Below, in pieces: positions 19,840-29,802 of a DNA stretch of 64,000 nt. The position numbers were made by a program, and so were the translations under genes. Each line of letters starts with the position of its first letter. Within the stretch, counting starts at the first letter, position 1. The stretch is from an uncultured virus (IMG/VR IMGVR_UViG_3300042517_001086) (taxonomy: Duplodnaviria; Heunggongvirae; Uroviricota; Caudoviricetes): the IMG/VR virus record IMGVR_UViG_3300042517_001086. One strand, given 5' to 3'. The notes beneath the pieces were generated by a model. It was not told the DNA's origin. It did no database searches and saw only the letters and a list, made by a program, of their open reading frames with translations.

Positions 19840-20841
19840 TTACAATACTTTCGCAGCTATTAAACATCCTTTTGACACTGAATGTAACGGATCGGCGGCA
19901 TGCTTAACTTCTTTAATAGACAAAGGAAAATTATTTTCTGATAGTTTTTTCTTAAAATGTTCAATATAACCACCAGCTTGTGATGTTCCACCAGCAATGA
20001 CTATTGTTAGTGGGTCTTTAAACTTTGGTAAAGCTTTATGATCTGTTAGTGCTGCTGTTAATTGTTTAGTAGTATAATCTATTAAACGATCATAATATGA
20101 CGATACAGCTGCTAATATAGGATTATCATTATGCTGACCAACATTAAAATTTCCACCCTCTTTCTCAGCCTGTACGACACTATCCGGTTCCCCTGTGGCT
20201 ACGGCGCTCATTCTATCTACCCAATCCCCAGATTTAGTTGTGGAAAATACAACAGTGGGTTCACCATTTAGCATTACACAAACATTAGTCATACCAGCAC
20301 CACAGCTAATAGCTATACCAGTATAATCATTATCCGCTAACTCAGCATAGCATAAAGCTTCAGCTTCATTAATTGATCTAGCGTTATATCCACAGCTATC
20401 TAAAATAGTTTTGACTACATCTTCATGATATCCAACATCAAAATCTTCATCTTCTTGGTCTACTGGTTGAGCAGGAACACAAAAAACGATCTTTTCAAGG
20501 GGCTCCGAAGATTGCCCGACTACTTCCTTTAATATAAAAGCTAAGACTCTTTTCGCATCTTTCTCTTTTGCAGAAACAACTCCTTTGTACATTGGTCTTT
20601 TAGCGGTGTCGTTTCTCTCAATAGCTTTTTCAATAGCATCTTGTCCGAGGATAATAAAAGAACCGTCTGTATCTTTAATAAAGACTTTTCCAGCCAATCC
20701 CTTTTCTATCATCTTTGTTGCTACTGGAGTAGATGGCTTGATGATATAAAAGGCATCTCTAAAGTCTTTGTATTGTACTTTATCTCCTTTGTCCTCAGAT
20801 AAAACAATATAGCTTGTTCCTACGTCAAGACCCCTAGCCAT
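19840..20841 (-). CDS. actin-fold ATPase (MreB/FtsA/ParM superfamily)
   Basis: phosphate-1 GLDVGTS, connect INEAEA, phosphate-2 SCGAGMTN, adenosine IAGGTS, terminal VSKGCL. Confidence 0.85.
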   Translation of the reverse strand: MARGLDVGTSYIVLSEDKGDKVQYKDFRDAFYIIKPSTPVATKMIEKGLAGKVFIKDTDGSFIILGQDAIEKAIERNDTAKRPMYKGVVSAKEKDAKRVLAFILKEVVGQSSEPLEKIVFCVPAQPVDQEDEDFDVGYHEDVVKTILDSCGYNARSINEAEALCYAELADNDYTGIAISCGAGMTNVCVMLNGEPTVVFSTTKSGDWVDRMSAVATGEPDSVVQAEKEGGNFNVGQHNDNPILAAVSSYYDRLIDYTTKQLTAALTDHKALPKFKDPLTIVIAGGTSQAGGYIEHFKKKLSENNFPLSIKEVKHAADPLHSVSKGCLIAAKVL

Positions 20842-20844
20842 AAT

Positions 20845-21156
20845 TCACCTCTTTAAATTTTGTAGTTTATTAACAGACTCGGAAATATTCTCGTTTGACA
20901 ATCTTGTATTTCCTAATTCGTTATATTTTTTCTCCATCCCATCAACACTTATATCTGTAACAAATTTTCTGTCATCTATAATAATCTTATTTTGACTTTT
21001 TTCATTATTATTATATTGTTTGTTTCTTTTTGATATTGGTTTTTCAATCATTGTATAACTACTATTGTTTAATCTTCCTATAATATAACCAATTCCAAAA
21101 GAGACAAAATTAAAAAGTACCAATATTATACTTAACAGAGATGCAGTATCTATCAT
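20845..21156 (-). CDS. single-pass membrane protein, co-transcribed with the actin-like ATPase
   Basis: N-terminal hydrophobic helix; 3-nt gap to the downstream gene. Confidence 0.6.
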   Translation of the reverse strand: MIDTASLLSIILVLFNFVSFGIGYIIGRLNNSSYTMIEKPISKRNKQYNNNEKSQNKIIIDDRKFVTDISVDGMEKKYNELGNTRLSNENISESVNKLQNLKR

Positions 21157-21192
21157 GTGGATAGCCTCCTTACCAAATTTACACCATACTAT

Positions 21193-21223
21193 AAAAGAAA
21201 AAAGGAGCGATTGCTCGCTCCTT
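21193..21223 (-). terminator. intrinsic terminator after ruvB
   Basis: AAGGAGCGA-GCAA-TCGCTCCTT followed by a T-run on the - strand. Confidence 0.85.
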
Positions 21224-21261
21224 AATTTTAAAAATGGGGTTGTAATCGGCCCGTAGTTTTC

Positions 21262-22152
21262 CTATATCGTACCCATGACTCTGCCCTTTTGGGTACGAAC
21301 AACATAACCCTTACGAACCAAAAACGGCTCAATACTATTCTCGATAGTATCTAAAGCTATTCCAGTCATTGCTGATATAGACTTAAGACCCAAAGGATTA
21401 CCCTTGCTTCGTCTCAAAGCATCAATATAAAGCCTATCATACAGATCCAAACCCTTACTATCTATACCCTGAGTAGAAAAAATGGTATCAATTGTACATG
21501 GATCGGTATGGCATATCTTGTAGTTTTTATACCATAATAGTCTAGCATTAAGAATTCTCGGAGTACCCTTGCTTCTTTTTGCTATCTCAACCAAATCTTC
21601 ATCAGAGATTTCTAGATCTAATTTAGCAGAGTTCAATCTTGCTACTTTAGCTAGATCATCATCCGTATAGAAAGAAAGATGTTCTTTGATTGTAAACCTG
21701 TCATAAAATGGCTGACTTAAACTTCCCCCACTAGTAGTCGCTCCGATAAGAGTAAACATTGGAAGATCAATAGTTTCTGGAGCATCTTCTGATGATATAC
21801 TAAGTACAAAATCTTCCATGATAGGATACAAAAACTCCTCTACTGTTTTGGGCAACCTGTGTATTTCGTCAATAAACAACACAGACCTAGCAGAGATTCC
21901 CATAATATATGGCAAAAGATTTTTTATGCTACGAATATTAGCAGCATTGAGAGTATAAAGACTGACCCCCATTTCGTTTGCTATAGCACTCGCTATGGTA
22001 GTCTTGCCAAGCCCAGGAGGGCCGTCTATTAAAACATGAGGCAGCACACTGCTAGACATTTTACAGCCCATAGCAGAGATGCGTAGACGCTCAATAACGT
22101 CGCCCTGACCAATGATTTCATCAAAACTCTTCGGCCTTGTAACATTTGCCAT
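21262..22152 (-). CDS. ruvB: Holliday junction branch-migration helicase RuvB
   Basis: RPKSFDEIIGQ, GPPGLGKTT, FIDEIHRL, FTLIGATT, GTPRI, IEPFLV..G...RT..GR. Confidence 0.95.
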   Translation of the reverse strand: MANVTRPKSFDEIIGQGDVIERLRISAMGCKMSSSVLPHVLIDGPPGLGKTTIASAIANEMGVSLYTLNAANIRSIKNLLPYIMGISARSVLFIDEIHRLPKTVEEFLYPIMEDFVLSISSEDAPETIDLPMFTLIGATTSGGSLSQPFYDRFTIKEHLSFYTDDDLAKVARLNSAKLDLEISDEDLVEIAKRSKGTPRILNARLLWYKNYKICHTDPCTIDTIFSTQGIDSKGLDLYDRLYIDALRRSKGNPLGLKSISAMTGIALDTIENSIEPFLVRKGYVVRTQKGRVMGTI

Positions 22153-22155
22153 AAT

Positions 22156-22572
22156 TCACATTCCTCCAAAAATTTTCAGAGCATCCTTCACTAACAATAA
22201 AGGATTATTCTGATTAGTAAGATCGTATACTTTATTTACCAAATCTACAGCTTCTTTGTTAGAAAAACCATAGTTTTCCAAAATTTTATATGCTTTTTTA
22301 AGATACTCAGGCTCCTCTTTCGTAACTATTTCAGATGACTTATTAGATTCTGTTCTAGGTTTTGTGGTCTTTTTTGAGAATTGTGTTTTTATATTTGCTA
22401 TCTGGCGTATCTTATAAACATTCCCGCAATCACATACAAGTTTAAAACCCTTCACTTGAACTTGATTCAAAAATAGCCAATGTTCTGATTCGCACTCTGT
22501 ATTTGTGCATTTATATTTAAACTGAGCATCTAGACTAATCGGTTTCAGGCTTTTGGTTTGATTTTGTATCAT
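22156..22572 (-). CDS. Zn-ribbon protein with RuvA C-terminal (domain III)-like helical domain
   Basis: CTNTEC...CDCG N-terminus; C-terminal AYKILENYGFSNKEAVDLV...LLVKDALK resembles RuvA domain III; directly upstream of ruvB. Confidence 0.7.
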   Translation of the reverse strand: MIQNQTKSLKPISLDAQFKYKCTNTECESEHWLFLNQVQVKGFKLVCDCGNVYKIRQIANIKTQFSKKTTKPRTESNKSSEIVTKEEPEYLKKAYKILENYGFSNKEAVDLVNKVYDLTNQNNPLLLVKDALKIFGGM

Positions 22573-22972
22573 CTTCTTCTTTCACCCAAAAAATAAAATC
22601 GTTTTGATCACTATCGTACGCACTATCAAGAATTCCTTTATTAACCAAGGAATTTAATATATTACTAATCATTCTATTATTCAGATCTTCTATAATAGTT
22701 TGAAGAAGTTTATCAGTTAAACAATATCTTACTTCTTTTGTTTTTTTATTTATCTGTTTCTTTGCGTGGTTTTTAATTATAATAGCAGATTCATCATGGG
22801 TTAGTGTCTCATTCATCTCCTCTATTTCTTGTTTGCTCATTTCAGATATGGATGCCACCATAGAATCGTGTTCTACTTCTTTTATAGCTCCAAAAAATTT
22901 AAAAACTAATGATCTTGAATGGTCAACAAAGTCATCAAAATCATTTATAAAAAACCATTGTTCATTTTTCAT
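22535..22972 (-). CDS. hypothetical protein, member of a three-gene paralogue family
   Basis: C-terminal LVNKGILDSAYDSDQNDFIFW shared with 40724-41074 and 41067-41438. Confidence 0.65.
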   Translation of the reverse strand: MKNEQWFFINDFDDFVDHSRSLVFKFFGAIKEVEHDSMVASISEMSKQEIEEMNETLTHDESAIIIKNHAKKQINKKTKEVRYCLTDKLLQTIIEDLNNRMISNILNSLVNKGILDSAYDSDQNDFIFWVKEEDDTKSNQKPETD

Positions 22973-23476
22973 TGAACTAGGGTTACTCCTTCGTACTTTG
23001 GAATCTCTGTCCACATCAGTTTAGCAGAGAACTCTGGTTTGTACACTGTGACCACCCTATCTGTTTTTTTATCTTTTTCCACAATTGCTTCTACTATTAC
23101 TCTATCTTCATTAAGTCTTTTTTCTATCTCTCTAATAGAGTCAGACATACTATCGAATGTTTTATTGTATTCTGGTCTATTAAATAGTGTTTTAAAATAT
23201 GTGGTCATAATTATTTATCTTTGAGTTCTGTTTGACAGTTATTGTGTTTGTCTACAAATGTTCTTTCAAATCCCAATTCTGCTAGTATGGGCATTTCGTA
23301 AAAGGTAATAGTAAATCTTACATTACCGGCATCATCTGTCATTTTTGTCCACTCAATTCTTTTTGCTTGGCTCATGTTGGTTGCAAGATCGTATGCTATT
23401 AACGGAGTTTCTGTCAAAGAACCAAAAGCCATCGCTAAATATAAAAATAATGCTGGTAACATAACATCCGTGTCTT

Positions 23477-23887
23477 TCAGTTTAAAATATCAAACATACC
23501 ATCATAATAATTCGGCTGTTGTAAAAAGTGAACAGCGTTTGCTATTAAATGATTTCTATACTCAGTATCTAATTTGTTGTGAATAAAATATTTTGTTTTG
23601 TAAATTGGTTCTTTGTAATGATTGTTCCCCAAATACAGGGAGTTTTTGAAGTTCCCTGATTTGGAGAAGTAATCATTCACAGGTAACGAACCTTTAGGAA
23701 AGCTCGGGCCAATATACCATACGTTTGAAGGATGTTCAACTATTTCATTTAGAGTATCATATAACATTTTTCCCCAAGCATCCCAAGCGTCGGGGTCAAA
23801 CTTGAAATACTTTTTATAATGACTCTCTAAATTGTCCTGACTATCACCATAGTCATCGTAGTCATCATCTTCATAATCTTCGTGCAT
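23477..23887 (-). CDS. hypothetical protein with acidic N-terminus
   Basis: ORF fits the operon; D/E/Y-rich start. Confidence 0.55.
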   Translation of the reverse strand: MHEDYEDDDYDDYGDSQDNLESHYKKYFKFDPDAWDAWGKMLYDTLNEIVEHPSNVWYIGPSFPKGSLPVNDYFSKSGNFKNSLYLGNNHYKEPIYKTKYFIHNKLDTEYRNHLIANAVHFLQQPNYYDGMFDILN

Positions 23888-23890
23888 ATT

Positions 23891-25048
23891 TCACCCGATA
23901 CAAAATTTATCACTAATCTTAGACGCTAGTTCTTTAGCAGCATTAGAAAGAAACCTGTTGTTGCTAAAGTAGAGGGGTGTTGAGACTTGATTAAGGAACT
24001 CCACGACCGTTTTTAAAAGCTTGGTCTGGGAACCGTCAAGATCTAAATCTTCGCCCCCAGCGTCAACAGGAAGCGGCTCAATAGCATCTGTATCGTCCTC
24101 AGTAACAGGAGATACTGGAGTAGGATCACCATAAGCCTTGTTGAACATACCATGACCAGAATAGACATACTTTGTCTTGATATCTTCTGTGCTGTTGGTA
24201 TATGTGTTAAGGTTTAAAGACTTCATCTGATTTGCAATAGTTGTAGCAACATTAATTGCAACTGGAACTCCAGTGATGTCAGACTTTTTATAAGCCTTGG
24301 CATATTCTTTAAACCATTCGTCGCTAGTCTTATTAGCAACAATATTAACAACAGCAGAAACTCCATCAAGAGCCTCTTTAAGTTGTTCAATATTTATCGG
24401 ATTACCAGTTGATCCAGACAAAATACTGGTAAAATAAGGTTGCTTTCCTTCCCAACCCTTCCTCCACCAAGTATAAGGGATTCTGTAAATCTGATTGATT
24501 TTGATAGCTCGGGCATCACCACCAAAATGATTTACCAGTTTCTTTTGAATACCATTCCAATAAGTCTTATGAGGACTATTAGTATTTGGGTTTAGAATCC
24601 AATAGCACTGATAACCATTACGAGTATCAACAACCCAGCTTGGCTTTACTGGAAAGTTATTGATATAATTCAAGAATCCCCTTTTCTTCTGCATTACGAC
24701 ACTGGGCTTAAAATAGTTACCGTTATCATCTCGTCCAGCATCCATATCAACAAAACAAGCACGAATTCTACTAATAGCATATTGTTTACGTCCACCATTA
24801 ACGTAGAAATAAGCATCAGCACCTTGGTTATCATTTGCAATAGCAACGGTGGTGAGATGATCTGTATGATTCATGCTACTGATCTTCTTGCGAGGATCAC
24901 CATTGTAACAGAAAATCTGCTGACCACCAAAAGACTCAAAAAACTTATTCCTCAAAGTAATCTGATCTCTTGTTCCAATAGCACTATGAGTCTTATCAAA
25001 CGGATTAAAAGCCAAAGTATCGCTAAACATTTGTTTTCCTTTTTCCAC
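23891..25048 (-). CDS. RepB-type (AEP-like) DNA primase domain protein
   Basis: YFYVN, ACFVDMD, PSWVVDTRNGYQCYW, GGD...IYRIP. Confidence 0.75.
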   Translation of the reverse strand: MEKGKQMFSDTLAFNPFDKTHSAIGTRDQITLRNKFFESFGGQQIFCYNGDPRKKISSMNHTDHLTTVAIANDNQGADAYFYVNGGRKQYAISRIRACFVDMDAGRDDNGNYFKPSVVMQKKRGFLNYINNFPVKPSWVVDTRNGYQCYWILNPNTNSPHKTYWNGIQKKLVNHFGGDARAIKINQIYRIPYTWWRKGWEGKQPYFTSILSGSTGNPINIEQLKEALDGVSAVVNIVANKTSDEWFKEYAKAYKKSDITGVPVAINVATTIANQMKSLNLNTYTNSTEDIKTKYVYSGHGMFNKAYGDPTPVSPVTEDDTDAIEPLPVDAGGEDLDLDGSQTKLLKTVVEFLNQVSTPLYFSNNRFLSNAAKELASKISDKFCIG

Positions 25049-25108
25049 TTCCTACCTACATTTTTGATATTGGGATAGTAAACACTACCATCAAAAGCAA
25101 TATCGTAA

Positions 25109-25189
25109 AAGATGGTAACGGAATCGAACCGTTATTGTAGGATAGTAAAAACTATATAGGTACTATCTTACAAGTTCCAAACACCACCT
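25109..25189 (-). ncRNA. tRNA-like RNA with acceptor stem and T-arm but no canonical D or anticodon arm
   Basis: AGGTGGT/ACCATCT acceptor, AACGG-TTCGATT-CCGTT T-arm, central TTGTAAGATAGTA/TACTATCCTACAA helix. Confidence 0.6.
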
Positions 25190-25192
25190 TGA

Positions 25193-25768
25193 CTATTTAC
25201 TAACTCCATATTTATTCTTGAGACTTTCCATTGTTCTATTAATTTTCACTTCGCTTTTTTTGGTAAATTTATCACTATCAGATAGTTCATAATGCAACTC
25301 TCTATGACATCTATTACAAAGCAGTTTACACTTTTTTATTTCTTGTAACAGTTTTTCAAAATTTGTATTAATTTCTCCTATCGCATACTCTTTGATCGCA
25401 GGATCTAAATGATGAAAATCTAATGCCGATTGACACTTATTGTATCCACATTTTTCACATCTGTTGCCCAGTTGTTCTATTAGAATTTTTTTCTTTGCTA
25501 TTTTAATGATTTTGTTAGCGCATTTACTACAAGTTTTCATTGAGCTTTTTTTATCACAAATTTCACAGTTGGTTATACCTAATGCTTTTCTGTTTGTTTT
25601 ATCGTGTGGTCTTAAGTTTTTAGTTAAGTACCCTAGTCGTTTTTTAGCCTCATGAATAGATGATTTAGAACATCCATATAATTCGGCTAACTCATACGAG
25701 GTTTTACCTTCAAGTATATGCTGCTTGAATCTTTTCTTATCCTTGATAATTTCTTTAATAGTCATCAT
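25193..25768 (-). CDS. HNH homing endonuclease with N-terminal HTH
   Basis: ELAELYGCSKSSI HTH; CEKCGY...ALDFHHLDP...LLCNRCHRELH. Confidence 0.85.
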   Translation of the reverse strand: MMTIKEIIKDKKRFKQHILEGKTSYELAELYGCSKSSIHEAKKRLGYLTKNLRPHDKTNRKALGITNCEICDKKSSMKTCSKCANKIIKIAKKKILIEQLGNRCEKCGYNKCQSALDFHHLDPAIKEYAIGEINTNFEKLLQEIKKCKLLCNRCHRELHYELSDSDKFTKKSEVKINRTMESLKNKYGVSK

Positions 25769-25835
25769 AAACCCCCGGAGAATGAAAGTATACCTTTTAA
25801 TACACCTTTCAAACTCCGAGGGCATGATTTATTTT

Positions 25836-26705
25836 TTAGAAATTATCCTCATCCTCTTCATCGTCAAAATCGTCCTCATAATCATCTTCGTCAGAATCGT
25901 CAAATTGAGACCAATAATCTTCATCGGTCAAGTGATCATCATTATCTTCGTCATCATTATCATCATAGCTAAAATTTTCCGAATACAGAGGCTTAAGTAA
26001 TTCTCCTGCATATTCAGCAACAACTTCATATCGACAAGTACGAAGTTTTTCATAATTGCAATCACTTGGGACACTGACTACATCTTTCGGGTTAATCTTG
26101 ACGATCACAATTCGATCTCCATTCTCAAGACTACCATACCCAGCAACATAGTTTAAAGCCCCGGCATGAAGTCCATTTGAACAACCCCTACCTCTATCGT
26201 CATCAACTTTAGATCGTGTCATTTCGCAAACCTTACCAACACTATTGTCGAAAACACCACGATACTTATCCTTAAAATCTGAACGAACAGCTTTATAGGC
26301 CAAAAAATATCCATCGGAAGTTACAGCCAAATTCTCATGTTCCAAGAAATCATACAGTTCCTTCTGACTCTGCATACTTGGATTTTCCATGAGATTATTC
26401 AGGAAATTAACAAGGGGCTGAAACGGCAATCCCTTGCTCATAAACTCCAGAATACGCTTACTAATACTACCATGAACTTCCTCACCCTCGTAGAGAACCT
26501 GACCGTTCTTGATCTCCACAAGACCATCGCTAAAAGTAGCAACAGCCTTTTGAACATCAACAACTTCCAAGAGTTCCTCTGCCGTAGCAGTAGGAAGTCT
26601 TTCCAGAATCAACTTATAGTTGATATGATCCGGCAACACCTGATAACTCTGGTTGTTAAGAACCAGCGTCAAATTACCATCCACAAACATAAACGGAACA
26701 GCCAT
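25836..26705 (-). CDS. rIIB: rIIB-like protein
   Basis: ELYDFL, DGYFLAYKAV, CSNGLH, VKINPKDVVSVP.D....KLRTCRYEV; acidic tail; follows rIIA. Confidence 0.9.
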   Translation of the reverse strand: MAVPFMFVDGNLTLVLNNQSYQVLPDHINYKLILERLPTATAEELLEVVDVQKAVATFSDGLVEIKNGQVLYEGEEVHGSISKRILEFMSKGLPFQPLVNFLNNLMENPSMQSQKELYDFLEHENLAVTSDGYFLAYKAVRSDFKDKYRGVFDNSVGKVCEMTRSKVDDDRGRGCSNGLHAGALNYVAGYGSLENGDRIVIVKINPKDVVSVPSDCNYEKLRTCRYEVVAEYAGELLKPLYSENFSYDDNDDEDNDDHLTDEDYWSQFDDSDEDDYEDDFDDEEDEDNF

Positions 26706-26751
26706 AATCCAAACTCCTAATACTTTTAGTTACGATACCTGTGATACTGTC

Positions 26752-26779
26752 ATTTTACACTAATCGGCAAGCTTGTCAA
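26752..26779 (-). promoter_or_regulatory. sigma70 early promoter (rIIB)
   Basis: TTGACA-N16-TAAAAT. Confidence 0.75.
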
Positions 26780-26800
26780 GGGGTCTTGAGAAATTCCTGA

Positions 26801-29485
26801 CTACTTGATCAAACTACTCAACTGAATCTTAAAAAGGTCAATATTCTCCTGACTCATCTGCTCAATCCAATCCTTGCTAGACTTTCCATAATAGGAACTA
26901 CGATCTTCAAGAATAGGATTCTGACTAGGCTTTAGGTCTGTCAGATTGCCGCTAACTTGATGAGTTCCCATCATATATTTCAGCATAGGATTCTTGTCTA
27001 CTTCAGCCTTAATCTTCTCCCTAATTTCAGAGATTTTCCATCTCTTAAGATCTTCAGTAGAAGTTCCACGAATAATCTTGAGATAACCCTCTGCCTTGTC
27101 TTGATTAGTCACAGAATACAAACGAGTGACAATCATGTTTGTCAAGGTGTTATAGGCCAAATTAGCATTACGAATCTCTTTACTATCAACATCTTCAATC
27201 CCAGCCTCTTTCATAAGCTTAGAAATATGAGAAAGATATTCTGTTTGACTGAACTTAGTGATATTAAAAGGATGAATATGAACAGTATTAGCAAAGAACT
27301 CTGTTAGCATTGTTTTGTTCAAGCAATCAACAAGAGTCTTATTGCCAATAAACTTATCATAATCCAATCCAAAGATACTCAGAACATGAAACATAAACTG
27401 CTTATCGGTTGTTCCATACTGGCAATATCTATAGCCGCCAGTAGTCTTTTCTTCAGTTGCAAAATCTTTCTTGCAATATTCAACAAGCTTGTTGATAGAA
27501 GCAAGATTCTTAAAGTGCTTGTTAGCAACAACTTTAAGTTGACGCTTCAAGAAATCATTGAAGTTAACAAGATTATATCCGTCTTTCTCAAGCTTTTTAG
27601 CAAAAGCTGTTTTGATAGCATAAACCTTACTATCTCCAACCAAGTCCTTGACTATACTCTTGAGTTTATCATCACTAAGAGTAATAGCGATGTCATTAAT
27701 CTCAGGATAACCAGACTCAGGCTCAGTCTTATAACGAAGCATAGGAACATACACAATCTCATCCTGTTCCAGAAAATCCTCTAGTTGTTCTTCTGAAAGA
27801 ATTCTGAGACAAGTAGCATCATTATAAGGATTAGTAATCTGCTTACTGTCCTTATCATAACCGTGGATAAAGAATACATCTTGATCACTAACACTACCAT
27901 TAGAATTTCTATTGTAAGACTTTCTTGGGCCAGAACTTTGTGTCAGATGTTTATAGTCTGAAACCTTGAGCAGATTTCCAGCCCCAACATCTTCGATCAG
28001 TTGATCAAAACCTTCTCCGCTTTTTGTATGATCCTTAGTGTCGATCATCAGATAAGCAAAGCAATCGTTTGCATTACAATATCTTGTAAGAATTTTCTTG
28101 GCACTTTCTTCACTAGCAACGTCGCAGACAAAGAAAGCCATCGTTCCCTTCTTTTTCTGATTATTCCAGTAATAGGAACCTTTACCAGTAAGAGTTTCAT
28201 GATGGATTCTGTCTGTCAGAGCAACTTGGCGGCGAGAACGATAGCCAGCAGTCTTGTAATTAAAAACGTACAGACTCTTACCGGCAGGAATTTTATATTC
28301 CAAGTCATTGCCAGAGTTGATAGGATGATCTTTACCCTTGGGATCAGTCCAAGTAGCACCAACACCCCAGCCGCCAGCCAATTCATTCATAGCATAGTAT
28401 GAAGTAATTGCTTCTACCTTGTTTTGGGCAGCTTGAATTTTCTTGGAGAATTCTTCCTTCATCTCCATGTAAATTTCTTGAGTCTTTTTACGCAGTGTCT
28501 TGATAACATCTTTAGTATACTGCAAACCTTCACGGCTAACATCCATTTCCAGTTCACCGATACCAAAATCAAGCTCAAGATAAAGGCCGGAGTTCAGAAT
28601 CTCTCCAACGAAACTCTTCCAAGAATCAATATCTGCTTTCTGGAAAGCCCTATTCCACTTCTGAATATGATCGGGCATCTCATCCTTCTCTTGACCAACA
28701 ATCTGTGCGGTCTGAACAGGATAAGCGATATTGCCCATGATAGCTACGATACCACTATCAATTCGATGATAACCATTAGGGAAATAACTATTATCATTAT
28801 TAAGTCGGCATACCCTCCAACCTTCACCACTAATGATGATGTTGGTATTACTATACTTATGATCTTGCAGATTATTTCCGATACCACCTTCAAGGATGGG
28901 TTTCATGCGGAAATAGTGGAAGATTCTCTTAGCCTTGTCGGTAAACTCTTGGAAATCATGCTGCTTAACAGCGAAACTAATTTCAAGACCATTAGGCTCA
29001 GACGTATCTGAAGTATTGAAAAGATTCAGAGTAGGCACTCCGCTCTCGTCAATCGCAGCAATATAGGTATACTTCTTACCGTTGTAATATGATGCCGTGG
29101 TGAAACTCTTGGTATACGCGAAGGGACTCTTAGACCCTAGACCAAGACAACCAACAAAATCATTACTATCATTCTTGTTGGACGCACCATAAGTTGTATA
29201 CAAGTCCTCCATATCGGCCTGACTAAGACCAGTGCCATAATCTCTGACTACGAAGGTAGGATTGGCAGCGGTAGGCAAAGTCACCTTAAAGGGATTCTTA
29301 TTCCCGGCAGAGATATGACTATCATAAGCATTAGTAGAAAGCTCACGAATCGCAGCCATAACCTTATCAGAGTAAAGAGAGTCTGAAAGGATTTTAAACA
29401 TTTTGCTCGTCTGAGCAATATTGAACTGATTCCTGCTTGCAACTCCAACGCTGTGAGTCTCAATCGTCCTATCTGCCAACTTCAT
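26801..29485 (-). CDS. rIIA: rIIA-like protein (N-terminal GHKL ATPase)
   Basis: ILSDSLYSDK..AIRELSTNAYDSH, VRDYGTGLS, GCLGLGSKSPFAYT, SREGLQY. Confidence 0.9.
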   Translation of the reverse strand: MKLADRTIETHSVGVASRNQFNIAQTSKMFKILSDSLYSDKVMAAIRELSTNAYDSHISAGNKNPFKVTLPTAANPTFVVRDYGTGLSQADMEDLYTTYGASNKNDSNDFVGCLGLGSKSPFAYTKSFTTASYYNGKKYTYIAAIDESGVPTLNLFNTSDTSEPNGLEISFAVKQHDFQEFTDKAKRIFHYFRMKPILEGGIGNNLQDHKYSNTNIIISGEGWRVCRLNNDNSYFPNGYHRIDSGIVAIMGNIAYPVQTAQIVGQEKDEMPDHIQKWNRAFQKADIDSWKSFVGEILNSGLYLELDFGIGELEMDVSREGLQYTKDVIKTLRKKTQEIYMEMKEEFSKKIQAAQNKVEAITSYYAMNELAGGWGVGATWTDPKGKDHPINSGNDLEYKIPAGKSLYVFNYKTAGYRSRRQVALTDRIHHETLTGKGSYYWNNQKKKGTMAFFVCDVASEESAKKILTRYCNANDCFAYLMIDTKDHTKSGEGFDQLIEDVGAGNLLKVSDYKHLTQSSGPRKSYNRNSNGSVSDQDVFFIHGYDKDSKQITNPYNDATCLRILSEEQLEDFLEQDEIVYVPMLRYKTEPESGYPEINDIAITLSDDKLKSIVKDLVGDSKVYAIKTAFAKKLEKDGYNLVNFNDFLKRQLKVVANKHFKNLASINKLVEYCKKDFATEEKTTGGYRYCQYGTTDKQFMFHVLSIFGLDYDKFIGNKTLVDCLNKTMLTEFFANTVHIHPFNITKFSQTEYLSHISKLMKEAGIEDVDSKEIRNANLAYNTLTNMIVTRLYSVTNQDKAEGYLKIIRGTSTEDLKRWKISEIREKIKAEVDKNPMLKYMMGTHQVSGNLTDLKPSQNPILEDRSSYYGKSSKDWIEQMSQENIDLFKIQLSSLIK

Positions 29486-29525
29486 CTGTATTCTCCAAAA
29501 GTGTTATCGTTCCTGTGATGGCTCA

Positions 29526-29554
29526 AGTATACCATCGGCAAACCATCTTGTCAA
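29526..29554 (-). promoter_or_regulatory. sigma70 early promoter (rIIA)
   Basis: TTGACA-N17-TATACT. Confidence 0.8.
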
Positions 29555-29802
29555 GCATCACTTTTCTTTTGTTGTCTGTCTGAGATTATTTTAAAACCGA
29601 TAGCTATGTCTATCAGACCCAAAACTTTTAAAAATGGCACTGGCAAAGTGAATGTCATCCCTCCGACAAGTATGCAAAGAAGTCCCATAATCCATACAAC
29701 AAACTTTGGCATCCAATCAAATAATGACAAAAGATAACTCATTGGCCCTATAATTAGCACAGATAAAAAAATAATTGTTACTAGTAGAGCTAAACTAGCC
29801 AT
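29551..29802 (-). CDS. small multi-pass membrane protein
   Basis: three hydrophobic segments. Confidence 0.6.
   Translation of the reverse strand: MASLALLVTIIFLSVLIIGPMSYLLSLFDWMPKFVVWIMGLLCILVGGMTFTLPVPFLKVLGLIDIAIGFKIISDRQQKKSDA

Noticed and set aside
17788..19969. Val/Gly-rich + strand ORFs (17788, 19154, 19448)
   Set aside because: Antisense shadows of the Thr/Pro codon repeats
25109..25189. Canonical tRNA
   Set aside because: No D-stem and no 7-nt anticodon loop; reported as tRNA-like instead
26337..29011. Several 100-195 aa + strand ORFs
   Set aside because: Antisense to rIIA/rIIB with no motifs; explained by codon bias
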